Source of the DNA: Pyrolobus fumarii 1A | GTDB taxonomy: Archaea; Thermoproteota; Thermoprotei_A; Sulfolobales; Pyrodictiaceae | Assembly: GCF_000223395.1 (NCBI RefSeq) | Contig: NC_015931.1 | Location: 1,560,001 to 1,592,000, forward strand | Length of the DNA stretch: 32,000 bases | Reading direction: 5' to 3' | In this document: positions 17,341 to 25,943 of the stretch, piece by piece | Numbering within the stretch: the stretch's first letter is position 1 | How the letters are laid out: each line of letters starts with the position of its first letter | The notes under the pieces: generated by a model | The model's database searches: none | Told to the model about the DNA's origin: nothing | What the model saw: the letters and a program-made list of their open reading frames with translations, nothing else | Translations under genes and position numbers: made by a program

Positions 17341-17937
17341 GTGATGAGCCACTACTATCGGCCGGGGAGGCGCCGCTATAGAGGAGTGTGGGTAGTTGCG
17401 GATACGCTTCGTGGCGTTACAGTGGAGTTCAGAGTATCTGGTGACGTATTCTCTGCTGACGAGATAGACGAGGGTACTAGACTCCTCGTGGAGAATGCGA
17501 GGGTGCCCGAGGAGGGTACGGTACTAGACCTGGGTTGCGGGTATGGCGTAATTGGGATAACATTGGCAAAAGCGTATCCTAGGCTCCGCGTCTACATGGT
17601 TGATGTCAACCCGCGAGCCGTGGAGCTTGCACGCGTGAACGCCAAGCATAACGGAGTTGCAGACCGGGTAGTCGTATTGCATGGCGACCTCTACGAGCCT
17701 GTGAAGGGCCACCGCTTCGACGCTATAATCACTAACCCGCCGCTAGCAGCAGGCATGGATGTAGTAGAGCGCATAGTGCGGGAAGCCCCTGAGCACCTAA
17801 ACCAGGGTGGCAGCCTCCAGATGGTGTTGAAGAAGGGTGCCGATAGGATAGCGCGGGTCATGGACGAGGTGTTTGGGAGCCACGAGGTTCTACTTAGGAA
17901 GAAGGGCTATACGATACTCATGGCTGTTAAGCGCTAG
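17341..17937 (+). CDS. Class I SAM-dependent methyltransferase (RsmC/RlmG-like small-domain MTase)
   Basis: 198 aa with SAM motif I (VLDLGCGYGVIGITLA), an acidic motif II (VYMVDVN) and IITNPPL, the NPP motif of N-methyltransferases. Confidence 0.7.
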   Translation: MMSHYYRPGRRRYRGVWVVADTLRGVTVEFRVSGDVFSADEIDEGTRLLVENARVPEEGTVLDLGCGYGVIGITLAKAYPRLRVYMVDVNPRAVELARVNAKHNGVADRVVVLHGDLYEPVKGHRFDAIITNPPLAAGMDVVERIVREAPEHLNQGGSLQMVLKKGADRIARVMDEVFGSHEVLLRKKGYTILMAVKR

Positions 17938-18004
17938 GCAGTGATGTGACTGGTCCCACCATCAGAGCCGTGCGGCGGTGAAGACTCCGGCAGGAGCTGA
18001 GCCT
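17936..18004 (+). ncRNA. Candidate C/D box sRNA (2'-O-methylation guide)
   Basis: C box GUGAUGU at 17941-17947, C'-like GUGAAGA at 17978-17984 and D box CUGA at 17997-18000. The spacer between C' and D is exactly 12 nt. A 4-bp terminal stem pairs AGGC (17936-17939) with GCCU (18001-18004) and leaves a 3-nt bulge (AGU), which is K-turn geometry. The D' box is poor (CAGA at 17963-17966, with a 15-nt spacer). Confidence 0.25.
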
Positions 18005-18132
18005 CGAATCAATACCCGTCCCGCAACTGGGTGTAAATTGTAAGCTTCTCGTAGGTCGTGATTGGGATAAGGCATGTATTAGGTAAAATTGGGCATTACT
18101 GCGGCGTTACATCATGCTGTGGCCCGATACTC

Positions 18133-19857
18133 TCATCGTTGTGTAATAATTGTCTTGGGGCAACGTAGTGTTGCTCCACGTGACGCGCTACACGCCATCA
18201 TATGGAAGCGCGCAAGCACGCTATTCTTCCTTGCAAGATCCTCGAGATATCTGACCTTCCACTCGGGTGGCTGCCAGCGCCTCTTGCGCTCTTCGAGTTC
18301 TTCTGTATCAACTAGCAGCTCTAGCCTCCCCGTCTCAACGTCGATGAGTATCTCGTCGCCGTCCTTGACGAGTGCTATTGGGCCGCCCACTATAGCCTCC
18401 GGGCTCACGTGGCCAATCATCAATCCTCTAGTTGCGCCACTGAATCTCCCGTCTGTGACCATAGCCACGTGGGGGCCTAGTCCTGCACCGACAACAGCAG
18501 CGGTCACCTGGAGCATTTCTCTCATTCCAGGGCCGCCAGCCGGCCCCTCATAGCGTATGACTATCACATCGCCCTTCTCTATACGACCCTCTTGAACAGC
18601 CTTGATAGCCTCCTCCTCGCTATCGAAGACTCTCGCTGGACCCTGGAACCTAAGCTTCTCCACCTTTGCAAGTTTGACAACTGCGCCTTCGGGTGCTAGT
18701 GTACCTCTGAGCACACGCAGCGAGCCGGTGGGTGACAGGGGATTATCGCGGCTTCTCACCACCCTACCATCGGGCGGAGGAGCTTCTTCTACAACCTCCC
18801 TCCAAGTCCTACCGTCAGCCGTCATAACATCTAGGTTGAACACGCCAACCTCTGCCAGCACTCTCGCTATGGCCGGCACACCGCCAACAGCGTCAAGATC
18901 CTCTACGAAGTACTTACCACCAGGCTCTAGATCCGCTATCCAGGGTGTCTTCCTAGACACCTCGTCAAAGTCGCCAAGGTCTATGTCAACTTCTGCTTCT
19001 TCAGCTATTGCAAGTAGATGGAGAACGGCGTTGGTAGAACCTCCTGTGGCGACATCAACAGCGATAGCGTTTAGCATGGATTCTCTGGTTACAAGCTTGC
19101 GTGGTGTAAGCCACTTTTCAACGAGCTTCACGATCACTCTGCCAGCACGTCTAGCTGCATGGAGTCTCCGCGAGGATACTGCTGGTATGGTGGCGGTGCC
19201 AGGGAGAATGAAGCCAAGCGCCTCTCCCAGTATAGCCATTGTGTTGGCAGTGTAGAGACCAGCGCAGCTACCAGGACAGGGCAGCGCATGCAGCTCGACA
19301 CGCTCCAGCTCCTGGTCACTTATCCTGCCAGCTATCCTAGCACCCACAGCCTCGAAAACGTGACCAACAGCCAGCCTTCGTCCGGAACGAGGCTCGATAC
19401 CTGCAAGCATTGGGCCTATGTTGACAACAAGTGTCGGGATGTCCATCCTCAAGCCAGCCATAAAGGCGCCCGGCATCATCTTATCGCAAGCCGTGACGAC
19501 GACAATACCATCGAGTCTGTGAGCCTCAGCTATAACTTCAATGGAGTCTGCGACGACTTCTCTAGAGACGAGGCTAAACCTCATGCCTTCGTGGCCCATG
19601 GCTATGCCGTCGCATACCCCGAGAGCGGCAAAGTGAACCGGTATACCTCCAGCCTCGGCTATGCCCTCAGCTACTGCAGCAGCTACCTTATCAGCGAGGA
19701 CGTGGCCCGGCACTAGCGTCGAGGGTGTGGAAATAACGCCTATGAGTGGCTTATCGCTCTTCACTTGCTCCGGGTCGAGCCCGGCAGCATACAGCAGGCT
19801 ACGGTGTGGTGCTCGGAGTACACCATCCCTTATTAGACTGCTACGCGGCTTGGCCAC
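18133..19857 (-). CDS. ilvD: Dihydroxy-acid dehydratase
   Basis: 574-aa ORF with a GTG start and a GAGGG SD-like motif upstream. [13 protein letters not shown], the cluster-binding CDK in [12 protein letters not shown], and GGPGMREML are typical of the IlvD/Edd family. Confidence 0.92.
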   Translation of the reverse strand: MAKPRSSLIRDGVLRAPHRSLLYAAGLDPEQVKSDKPLIGVISTPSTLVPGHVLADKVAAAVAEGIAEAGGIPVHFAALGVCDGIAMGHEGMRFSLVSREVVADSIEVIAEAHRLDGIVVVTACDKMMPGAFMAGLRMDIPTLVVNIGPMLAGIEPRSGRRLAVGHVFEAVGARIAGRISDQELERVELHALPCPGSCAGLYTANTMAILGEALGFILPGTATIPAVSSRRLHAARRAGRVIVKLVEKWLTPRKLVTRESMLNAIAVDVATGGSTNAVLHLLAIAEEAEVDIDLGDFDEVSRKTPWIADLEPGGKYFVEDLDAVGGVPAIARVLAEVGVFNLDVMTADGRTWREVVEEAPPPDGRVVRSRDNPLSPTGSLRVLRGTLAPEGAVVKLAKVEKLRFQGPARVFDSEEEAIKAVQEGRIEKGDVIVIRYEGPAGGPGMREMLQVTAAVVGAGLGPHVAMVTDGRFSGATRGLMIGHVSPEAIVGGPIALVKDGDEILIDVETGRLELLVDTEELEERKRRWQPPEWKVRYLEDLARKNSVLARFHMMACSASRGATLRCPKTIITQR

Positions 19858-19926
19858 ATCAAACCGCCCTCACAAACAACGAGAGAAGCCCCACGTAAAG
19901 ACGGGAAGCCCCTAGGGAGACACAAA

Positions 19927-21117
19927 CTACATAGGCGTTCTTGTTGTCCTCTCGGCTAGGAACTCCTCAACTATCTTGCGCACCAGGTCTTCAGTCACTC
20001 TCTTGGCGTAGGGTGCGACCTCCTTGACTCTCCTAAGCACATAGTCGACTAGGTCGGGTGTCGGGTCGTAACCTAGATGCTTAAGGACGTATTCGACGGC
20101 ATGTTTGCCGCTATGGCGGCCTAGTACTATGCGCCTCTTCGCGCCAACGGCCTCCGGGGGTATCGGCTCGTAGGTTAACGGGTTGCTGAGTACACCGTGC
20201 ACGTGTATCCCAGCTTCATGGGCAAAGGCATTGTCACCGACTATCGGCTTGTTCGGTGGTAGCTTGATACCGAACTTGGCGGCTACCAGCCTAGACACCT
20301 CGTATAGCTTTTCAAGGCGGATGTTCGTCTTTAGACCCATTTTGAAGTGGAGCGTAGCTACAACCTCTTCGAGGGCCGCGTTGCCCGCCCTCTCACCAAA
20401 ACCGTTCACAGTAACCTGTACACCGTTAGCACCTCCCCTCACAGCGGCGATCGTGTTCGCAGTTGCCATCCCAAAATCGTTGTGGCAGTGAACATCTATG
20501 TTTACATTCGGCGGTAGTTTCGAGCGTATGTAGCGCACAAGATCCTCCATCTCCCACGGAAGCATTACGCCCACGGTATCTGGTATGTTTATGTACTTGG
20601 CTCCTGCCTCGATAACAGCACGGTATACTTGTGCGAGGAACTCACGGTCGCTGCGTGTAGCATCCTCGGCCGAGAAGAGGACTTCAACGCCATAACTCTT
20701 TGCGTACTCGACCGCCTCAACCGCCCTCTGAAGTACCTCCTCGCGCGTCATCCTTAGCTTGTACTTCATGTGGATGTCACTCGTTGCTATGAAAACATGT
20801 ATCACGTGAGCCTCCGCCTCAGCAGCCATGTCAATGTCGCGTTTATTCGCTCTAGCAAGTCCAACCACCTTGGCGTGGCTAACCTCGCGAGCAGTGAAGA
20901 GTACGGACTTGAAATCTATGTCAGAGGATGCCGGGAACCCAGCCTCTATCAGATCTACACGCAGCTCATCAAGCGCCTTAGCTATCTCTATCTTGTCGTC
21001 CAGGCTTAGCTCTACACCAGCCATCTGCTCGCCATCGCGCAGTGTCGTGTCGAACACACGTATGCGCGCAACAATAAGCTCCGACCTCCAAACCGGCGGC
21101 CCACGGCGCTCCCACAA
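19927..21117 (-). CDS. 2-isopropylmalate / citramalate / homocitrate synthase family enzyme (catalytic TIM barrel only; no LeuA C-terminal regulatory domain)
   Basis: 396 aa. It carries [10 protein letters not shown] and [13 protein letters not shown], hallmarks of the DRE-TIM Claisen condensing enzymes. The TTG start at 21117 is supported by a minus-strand TATA-like element 44 nt upstream. Confidence 0.85.
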   Translation of the reverse strand: MWERRGPPVWRSELIVARIRVFDTTLRDGEQMAGVELSLDDKIEIAKALDELRVDLIEAGFPASSDIDFKSVLFTAREVSHAKVVGLARANKRDIDMAAEAEAHVIHVFIATSDIHMKYKLRMTREEVLQRAVEAVEYAKSYGVEVLFSAEDATRSDREFLAQVYRAVIEAGAKYINIPDTVGVMLPWEMEDLVRYIRSKLPPNVNIDVHCHNDFGMATANTIAAVRGGANGVQVTVNGFGERAGNAALEEVVATLHFKMGLKTNIRLEKLYEVSRLVAAKFGIKLPPNKPIVGDNAFAHEAGIHVHGVLSNPLTYEPIPPEAVGAKRRIVLGRHSGKHAVEYVLKHLGYDPTPDLVDYVLRRVKEVAPYAKRVTEDLVRKIVEEFLAERTTRTPM

Positions 21118-21153
21118 AATATATGGATTGCCTTAATGCGTTGATGCAAACGT

Positions 21154-21161
21154 GATATTAA
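21154..21161 (-). promoter_or_regulatory. TATA-box-like element (TTAATATC on the minus strand) in the divergent leuA-family/ilvB intergenic region
   Basis: It lies 44 nt upstream of the TTG at 21117. The same AT-rich element read on the plus strand (GATATTAA) is the only obvious candidate TATA for ilvB and sits about 80 nt from its start. Confidence 0.4.
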
Positions 21162-21233
21162 GGGGTTAGTGCAGCGCCAGCGACACGCTGTGGGAAACGC
21201 GGGGGACTGGGAGATGGATTTGCGGGAAGTAGA

Positions 21234-22949
21234 GTGGTAGATCAGGTGGCAAAGACCCTACGCGAGATGGGAGCCACTGATGTCTTCGGCGTCACCGGCG
21301 GCAGCATAATGGCGTTCTATGACGCAATGGAGGTTGTAGGAGGCTTCAACATATACATGTTCCGTCACGAGCAGGGCGCCGCACATGCCGCCGACGCTTA
21401 TGGCAGGGTGAAGAAGAGGCCAGCCATCGTGGCTGTCACCTCGGGTCCCGGCGCGACGAACATAGTCACGGGCGTCGCCAACGCGTATATGGATTCGTCG
21501 CCTGCCCTCTTCATAACAGGGCAGGTACCGACAACGGTCTTCGGGCGTGACGCGTTCCAAGAGACCGACATGGTTGGCGTTGTGGCACCGATAACCAAGT
21601 TCGTATACCAGATTAGGCGTCCAGAAGAAGCGGTTCCCGCCATAAAGACCGCTTATAAGCTAGCAATCATGGGTAGGCCGGGCCCCACTCTAGTCGACTT
21701 CCCGAGAGACGTGCAGCTAAGGCGTTGCGACTGTACTAGCGACGGCCTTCTTCCACTGAACTATGAGAAGTTCAAGGCTCCTGATCCAGACCCAAGGCTC
21801 ATTGAGGAAGCTGCAAGGCTCCTACTGTCAGCTAGGCGCCCTGTGATACTCGTAGGGGGAGGAGTCTACTGGAGCGGTGCGTGGCCCGAAGTAATCGAGA
21901 TTGCAGAGAGACTATGGGCTCCGATAGTCACGACACTAACCGGGAAGAACAGCGTCCCTGCAGATCACCCGCTAGTAATGGGTCCGGCAGGCATGCATGG
22001 TAGGGCGGAGGCCGATGCAGCACTAGCCAATGCCGATGTGATACTTGCGGTAGGCACCAGGTTCTCTGACAGGACTGTGGGCAGGTTCGAACCAGAGCTG
22101 AAAGAGAAAAAGATAATCCACATTGACATCGATCCAAGCGAGATAGGGAAGAACGTCAAGCCTGCAGTCGGCATAGTAGCTGATGCGAAGAAGGCTCTCC
22201 GGATGCTCATTGAGAAGCTCCCTGAGGTCGCTAGGAGAGACACGAAGTTCGTAGATTGGCTCCTATACATCAGGAGAAGGTATGAGGATGCTATGGAGAA
22301 GCTAGCTGAGAGGATGAAGCCCTTCGCGCCCTGGAAAGTCCTAAAGCTGCTACGGCGTATAGTGCCTCGTGACACGATAACAGCCACGGGTGTTGGTAGC
22401 CACCAGATGTGGTCAGAGATACACTGGGACGTCTACATACCAGGCACGTGGTTAACTTCAGCCGGTTTAGGTACGATGGGCTTCTGTGTCCCAGCTGCAA
22501 TTGGTGCCAAGATAGCTGCGCCGGAGCGTACGGTGCTGTGCATAGACGGTGATGGGAGCTTCCAGATGACAATGAATAACCTTGCTCTTGTCCGTGACTA
22601 TAATCTGCCAGCGATATTCGTGATATTCGATAACCGTGCATTAATGCTAGTCAAGCAGTGGCAGATCTTCCTCTACGAGAGGAGAATCGTTGCAACGCAC
22701 TTCACGGAAAGACCCGACTTCGTGAAAGTAGCCGAGGCTTACGACATTGAGGGTGTGAGGCCAGCAGATTACCAGGAGCTCGAGAAGTGGGTAAGATGGG
22801 CCGTACGAAACAATGAGCCGCTGGTAGTGGACATAATGATAGACCGCGAGATGGATATTGTTTATCCGTGGGTGAAGCCCGGCGAGTGGCTCACAAACGC
22901 TCTTCTTCCACCTGGAATGGAGGACGTGAGCCTCGTGTATGAGGAGTGA
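21234..22949 (+). CDS. ilvB: Acetolactate synthase large subunit (ThDP-dependent)
   Basis: 571-aa ORF with a GTG start. GATDVFGVTGGS, SGPGATN and the ThDP motif GDGSFQMT..NL are typical AHAS catalytic-subunit features. Confidence 0.9.
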   Translation: MVDQVAKTLREMGATDVFGVTGGSIMAFYDAMEVVGGFNIYMFRHEQGAAHAADAYGRVKKRPAIVAVTSGPGATNIVTGVANAYMDSSPALFITGQVPTTVFGRDAFQETDMVGVVAPITKFVYQIRRPEEAVPAIKTAYKLAIMGRPGPTLVDFPRDVQLRRCDCTSDGLLPLNYEKFKAPDPDPRLIEEAARLLLSARRPVILVGGGVYWSGAWPEVIEIAERLWAPIVTTLTGKNSVPADHPLVMGPAGMHGRAEADAALANADVILAVGTRFSDRTVGRFEPELKEKKIIHIDIDPSEIGKNVKPAVGIVADAKKALRMLIEKLPEVARRDTKFVDWLLYIRRRYEDAMEKLAERMKPFAPWKVLKLLRRIVPRDTITATGVGSHQMWSEIHWDVYIPGTWLTSAGLGTMGFCVPAAIGAKIAAPERTVLCIDGDGSFQMTMNNLALVRDYNLPAIFVIFDNRALMLVKQWQIFLYERRIVATHFTERPDFVKVAEAYDIEGVRPADYQELEKWVRWAVRNNEPLVVDIMIDREMDIVYPWVKPGEWLTNALLPPGMEDVSLVYEE

Positions 22950-22960
22950 GGGGTGAGAGT

Positions 22961-23242
22961 ATGGAGCTCGCGAGGTACGTGCTAAGAGTGTCTGTCTTCG
23001 GCGGGATGGATGGGCTAATGAGAATAGTCAACATACTAAGGAGAGGCAAGGTGAGATATCGCAACCTAAAAGCGGAGTTTGACGGGACAAAGGTCGAGAT
23101 AAGGATATGCCTTGAGGGTGTGAACGACGAGGTCAGATGGATAGCCTCGAAGCTAGAAAGGTTACCAGAGACGTATGTCGTGAAGGTTGAGCCTACACCA
23201 GAGGAGCTTAGAGAGGTCGAGGCGGCTACAACACCAGGGTAG
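22961..23242 (+). CDS. ilvN: Short ACT-domain protein, likely the acetolactate synthase small (regulatory) subunit
   Basis: The ATG at 22961 follows GGGGTGA, an SD-like motif. The 93-aa product has an ACT-like beta-alpha-beta-beta-alpha-beta pattern (YVLRVSVFGGMDGLMRIVNILRRGKVRYRNLKAE...VEIRICLEG) and lies immediately downstream of ilvB. It lacks the second (C-terminal) domain of canonical IlvH. Confidence 0.55.
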   Translation: MELARYVLRVSVFGGMDGLMRIVNILRRGKVRYRNLKAEFDGTKVEIRICLEGVNDEVRWIASKLERLPETYVVKVEPTPEELREVEAATTPG

Positions 23243-23247
23243 GTCTT

Positions 23248-23649
23248 TTGCCGTGCCTCTCGCTTGCCCGGGCTTTCCTCCAAGCCTATTACTCGACGTT
23301 TGACGAGATCCTGCGGTTCTATGCTGTGCGTGGGCACAATCTAGCACTGCAGTTCAGACCGCCTCTTTTCGGCATGAGGCGGGTTGAGGACGCTCTACGC
23401 GAGGTACTCGTGCTTGTAGAATCTGGCGATGTGCTCGAGAGTGTTAGGTTGCTCGAGGATGTTGTGAAGAAGAGTAGTATTGTAAGGCGGGTGCAGGGAA
23501 TTATCTTCGCGGCCATGGGGCTATTGCTGTCATTCATGGCACTCCTCATTGACGTATTCGTTGGGCTATCTTCTCTAGCAGCTTTGGTGGTTGTCGCTGC
23601 ATGGCTGTATAACAGGGAGCCTAGTGTATGCAACGCTAGGCCGCCTTAG
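23248..23649 (+). CDS. Hypothetical small membrane protein (start uncertain: TTG 23248 or ATG 23374)
   Basis: The N-terminal part looks soluble and helical. It is followed by two hydrophobic segments (IIFAAMGLLLSFMALLIDVFVGLSSLAALVVVAAWLY). I recognise no family. Confidence 0.35.
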   Translation: MPCLSLARAFLQAYYSTFDEILRFYAVRGHNLALQFRPPLFGMRRVEDALREVLVLVESGDVLESVRLLEDVVKKSSIVRRVQGIIFAAMGLLLSFMALLIDVFVGLSSLAALVVVAAWLYNREPSVCNARPP

Positions 23650-24376
23650 GGGCTAAGAGGTAATTCACGCGGCCGCCTGCAGGTAGCGAGAACTGGAGGC
23701 GTAGTGGTGAGTCCGTTGAGAACTCGATGCTTACAGTATCCGCGACCTTTGTTAGCGCCAAGACGTGCTTAAGGTAATCAATGCTGTAAGCCGCCTTAGA
23801 TGGCTCGTCAACCTGGAAGTCGATAACTGCGGGCTTATCTCTCGTTATCTCTGTCTCGGCTACGGCAGTGCCACGACCACGGATCAGCAGCTTCTCCTCG
23901 TCGGCCTCAAGCTCAACAGTGTCGCCGACTGTCTCTGCATCTCTAAGAGCGTTCTTGAACGCGTCAACTATGAGTGCTATTCTGGCCTTGAACTCGAACT
24001 GCGCCTCTGGTATCTCGGGCTCGGCTATGTCAAGGTTGAGTAGCTTGTATCTCTTAATGGCTGCGCCCGCTATTGTCCATGTCACGCGGTCATCAGTCGC
24101 CTCTATCTCTACCTTATCGCCCTTCTTTCCCCTCTTGACGATCTTCGCTATGTTCACGACGTTGAAGCCTATCTTTGCTTCCTCCTCCACCTCGTACTCG
24201 AGGAATGTGTCCGGTGGCAGCATTATCTCTATCATCGCGACGTGTGCAGGGTCCAAAGCCCTTATCCTAACCCCCTCCTGGCTGACAGTCATTACCGCTT
24301 CATCGACTATCTTGGATAGCGTCTCGAGCATACTCTGGAAGGACTTGGCATCCGGGTATGCTATCCTCGCCCTCAC
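23636..24376 (-). CDS. pcn: DNA polymerase sliding clamp PCNA
   Basis: (V)RARIAYPDAKSFQSMLETLSKIVDEAVMTVSQEGVRIRALD is the typical archaeal PCNA N-terminus. The start was trimmed to the GTG at 24376 (246 aa) because a minus-strand TATA-like element at 24411-24418 lies inside the longer track ORF. Confidence 0.88.
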   Translation of the reverse strand: MRARIAYPDAKSFQSMLETLSKIVDEAVMTVSQEGVRIRALDPAHVAMIEIMLPPDTFLEYEVEEEAKIGFNVVNIAKIVKRGKKGDKVEIEATDDRVTWTIAGAAIKRYKLLNLDIAEPEIPEAQFEFKARIALIVDAFKNALRDAETVGDTVELEADEEKLLIRGRGTAVAETEITRDKPAVIDFQVDEPSKAAYSIDYLKHVLALTKVADTVSIEFSTDSPLRLQFSLPAGGRVNYLLAPKAA

Positions 24377-24410
24377 GAGCCACCCCTCCCCTATAGTCGC
24401 AAGGTTGATA

Positions 24411-24418
24411 GAATATAG
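24411..24418 (-). promoter_or_regulatory. TATA-box-like element (CTATATTC on the minus strand) upstream of PCNA
   Basis: It lies 42 nt upstream of the GTG at 24376. Confidence 0.4.
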
Positions 24419-24455
24419 GGTGTGGGGGGTATCCCCTAACGGCGGGCGATGACCT

Positions 24456-24482
24456 AAACCCGCGCGGCCGACGCGCGGGTTT
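24456..24482. repeat. Perfect inverted repeat AAACCCGCGCG-GCCGA-CGCGCGGGTTT (11-bp stem, 5-nt loop)
   Basis: I checked it base by base. It lies in the divergent intergenic region between PCNA and the 24527 membrane-protein gene. Confidence 0.8.
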
Positions 24483-24526
24483 GCGAGCGACACCCGAGTG
24501 AGGAGAGAACCACCGAGGGGAGCCCA

Positions 24527-25057
24527 GTGCCACCACCCTGGCCCGTCGTTAGGCTGCTGGAGGGTAGGGTATCCGTCACCACGTGCCTAGCTGTCCTGCT
24601 CATCCTGGGCGCTGTTGGCATAGCAGTGGCTGGTGCGGGTCACCCACTGCTAGGGTTACTGCTAGCCTTTTCGGCTGAAAGTGTATGCTGCGCCGCCTCT
24701 AAGACGAGTAAACGCGTCTACCGTGCGCCCAGACTTGTCGAGAGGCTCTGCGAGTCATCCCGCATACTCGAATACATGGTGTTCATAGTCTACTATACCA
24801 GCAAGGGGCGTTTCGATGTTAGCAGCGTAGTGGCAGTCGCGTTTATACTGCTGCACATAGGCGTCGTTGACGCGGACGAGAAAATGGATGGTATCGTTGC
24901 TGCGCTTATGCTACTGGCTGCAGGTATACTAGAGATACACAACATGATTGATAGCCTTGTACTTCTAGCTCTGGGTATGCTCCCGTTGCTCCTCGCTACA
25001 GGTTTAGCCACGGCCACACTCATATATCGTGAGGCTACTGGAGGCGGTATAGGCTAG
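24527..25057 (+). CDS. Hypothetical polytopic membrane protein
   Basis: 176 aa with a GTG start and at least four hydrophobic segments. I recognise no motif, and the CDP-alcohol phosphatidyltransferase motif is not satisfied. It lies directly upstream of the isoprenoid genes. Confidence 0.4.
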   Translation: MPPPWPVVRLLEGRVSVTTCLAVLLILGAVGIAVAGAGHPLLGLLLAFSAESVCCAASKTSKRVYRAPRLVERLCESSRILEYMVFIVYYTSKGRFDVSSVVAVAFILLHIGVVDADEKMDGIVAALMLLAAGILEIHNMIDSLVLLALGMLPLLLATGLATATLIYREATGGGIG

Positions 25058-25079
25058 ACTGGAAGTAGGTGCCACGAGT

Positions 25080-25943
25080 GTGACGTGTGAAAAGAGACTC
25101 CTGGAGCTGTGGAGGAGAGCCAAGAGGCTGCTAGACGAGAGGCTCAGCGAGGTAGTGGAGCGGCTGCCGGAAACGGAGGCCATAGACGTGGCTAGGTATA
25201 TCGTTGCTGGTGGGAAGAGGCTGCGAGGCTTCACCACTCTTCTCGTTGCCGAGGGTCTCGGAGGTAGCTGGGAGGACGCTGTAGAGGCTGCTGTTGCTGT
25301 CGAACTCGTGCACTCGGCTAGCCTCGCAATAGACGATGTGATAGACGGCGATGTAACGAGGAGAGGTGGGCCAGCCGCATGGCTCAAGTTCGGTCCAGGC
25401 CGTGCTGTTATGGTAGCCAACCTCCTGATATCATATGCTCAGAAAATGCTCCTGGAGAGGTATGGTTTCCGTGCAGTCGAGAGGAGCGTCATAGCATGGT
25501 TTGACATCTCGAGGGGTGAGGTTAGAGACGCGTATATGGAGGAAGGCGGCGAGTATACTGAGATAGTGAGGTTGAAGACCGGCAGTCTCTTCCGTCTAGC
25601 AGCTGAGCTAGGCGCGGTAGCAGCTAGAGCTCCACAGAGTGTAATGCGGCGTATCGGCGAGTATGGAGAGCTGATGGGGATAGCCTACCAGTTGGCTGAC
25701 GACGTTGTCGACTATCTGCGTGGCGAGAGGGGAGCTAGCATATCGAGGCTGTTAGCCTGGCTAGGTTACCCGCACGATGTACTCTCCACCGTGATTGCTA
25801 AACTCCGCGAGATACTCGCAACGATAGATGGGATTGTGAGGGATATGGTTGCAGGTACTTTTGCGCCCCTATTGTCAAGCCTTCCACGCTTCGTAGTAAA
25901 AGCGATGTTCTCCGAGGCTGGTGTCTCTAGGCTGGTGCTCTAG
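25080..25943 (+). CDS. trans-Polyprenyl diphosphate synthase (GGPP-synthase family; product chain length uncertain)
   Basis: 287 aa. The first aspartate-rich motif is LAIDDVIDGD and the second is LADDVVD, and GKRLRG is also present. Confidence 0.85.
   Translation: MTCEKRLLELWRRAKRLLDERLSEVVERLPETEAIDVARYIVAGGKRLRGFTTLLVAEGLGGSWEDAVEAAVAVELVHSASLAIDDVIDGDVTRRGGPAAWLKFGPGRAVMVANLLISYAQKMLLERYGFRAVERSVIAWFDISRGEVRDAYMEEGGEYTEIVRLKTGSLFRLAAELGAVAARAPQSVMRRIGEYGELMGIAYQLADDVVDYLRGERGASISRLLAWLGYPHDVLSTVIAKLREILATIDGIVRDMVAGTFAPLLSSLPRFVVKAMFSEAGVSRLVL

Noticed and set aside
18602-19255. A 217-aa plus-strand ORF (and the neighbouring 18089-18553 and 19159-19716 ORFs) inside ilvD.
   Set aside because: It is antisense to the clearly coding ilvD gene. 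The translations are Ser/Thr/Ala/Pro-rich and low complexity, typical of shadow frames.
21214-21240. An 8-codon upstream ORF (MDLREVEW) overlapping the ilvB GTG start, considered as a possible leader peptide.
   Set aside because: It has only one Leu and one Val, no alternative terminator/antiterminator hairpins are visible, and bacterial-style attenuation is not established in archaea. It is noted only as part of the long-leader observation.
24377-24493. A 39-codon N-terminal extension of the PCNA ORF in the track (MSLANPRVGRAG...).
   Set aside because: It contains the TATA-like element and the palindrome, it does not resemble any PCNA N-terminus, and the canonical PCNA sequence begins at the GTG at 24376.
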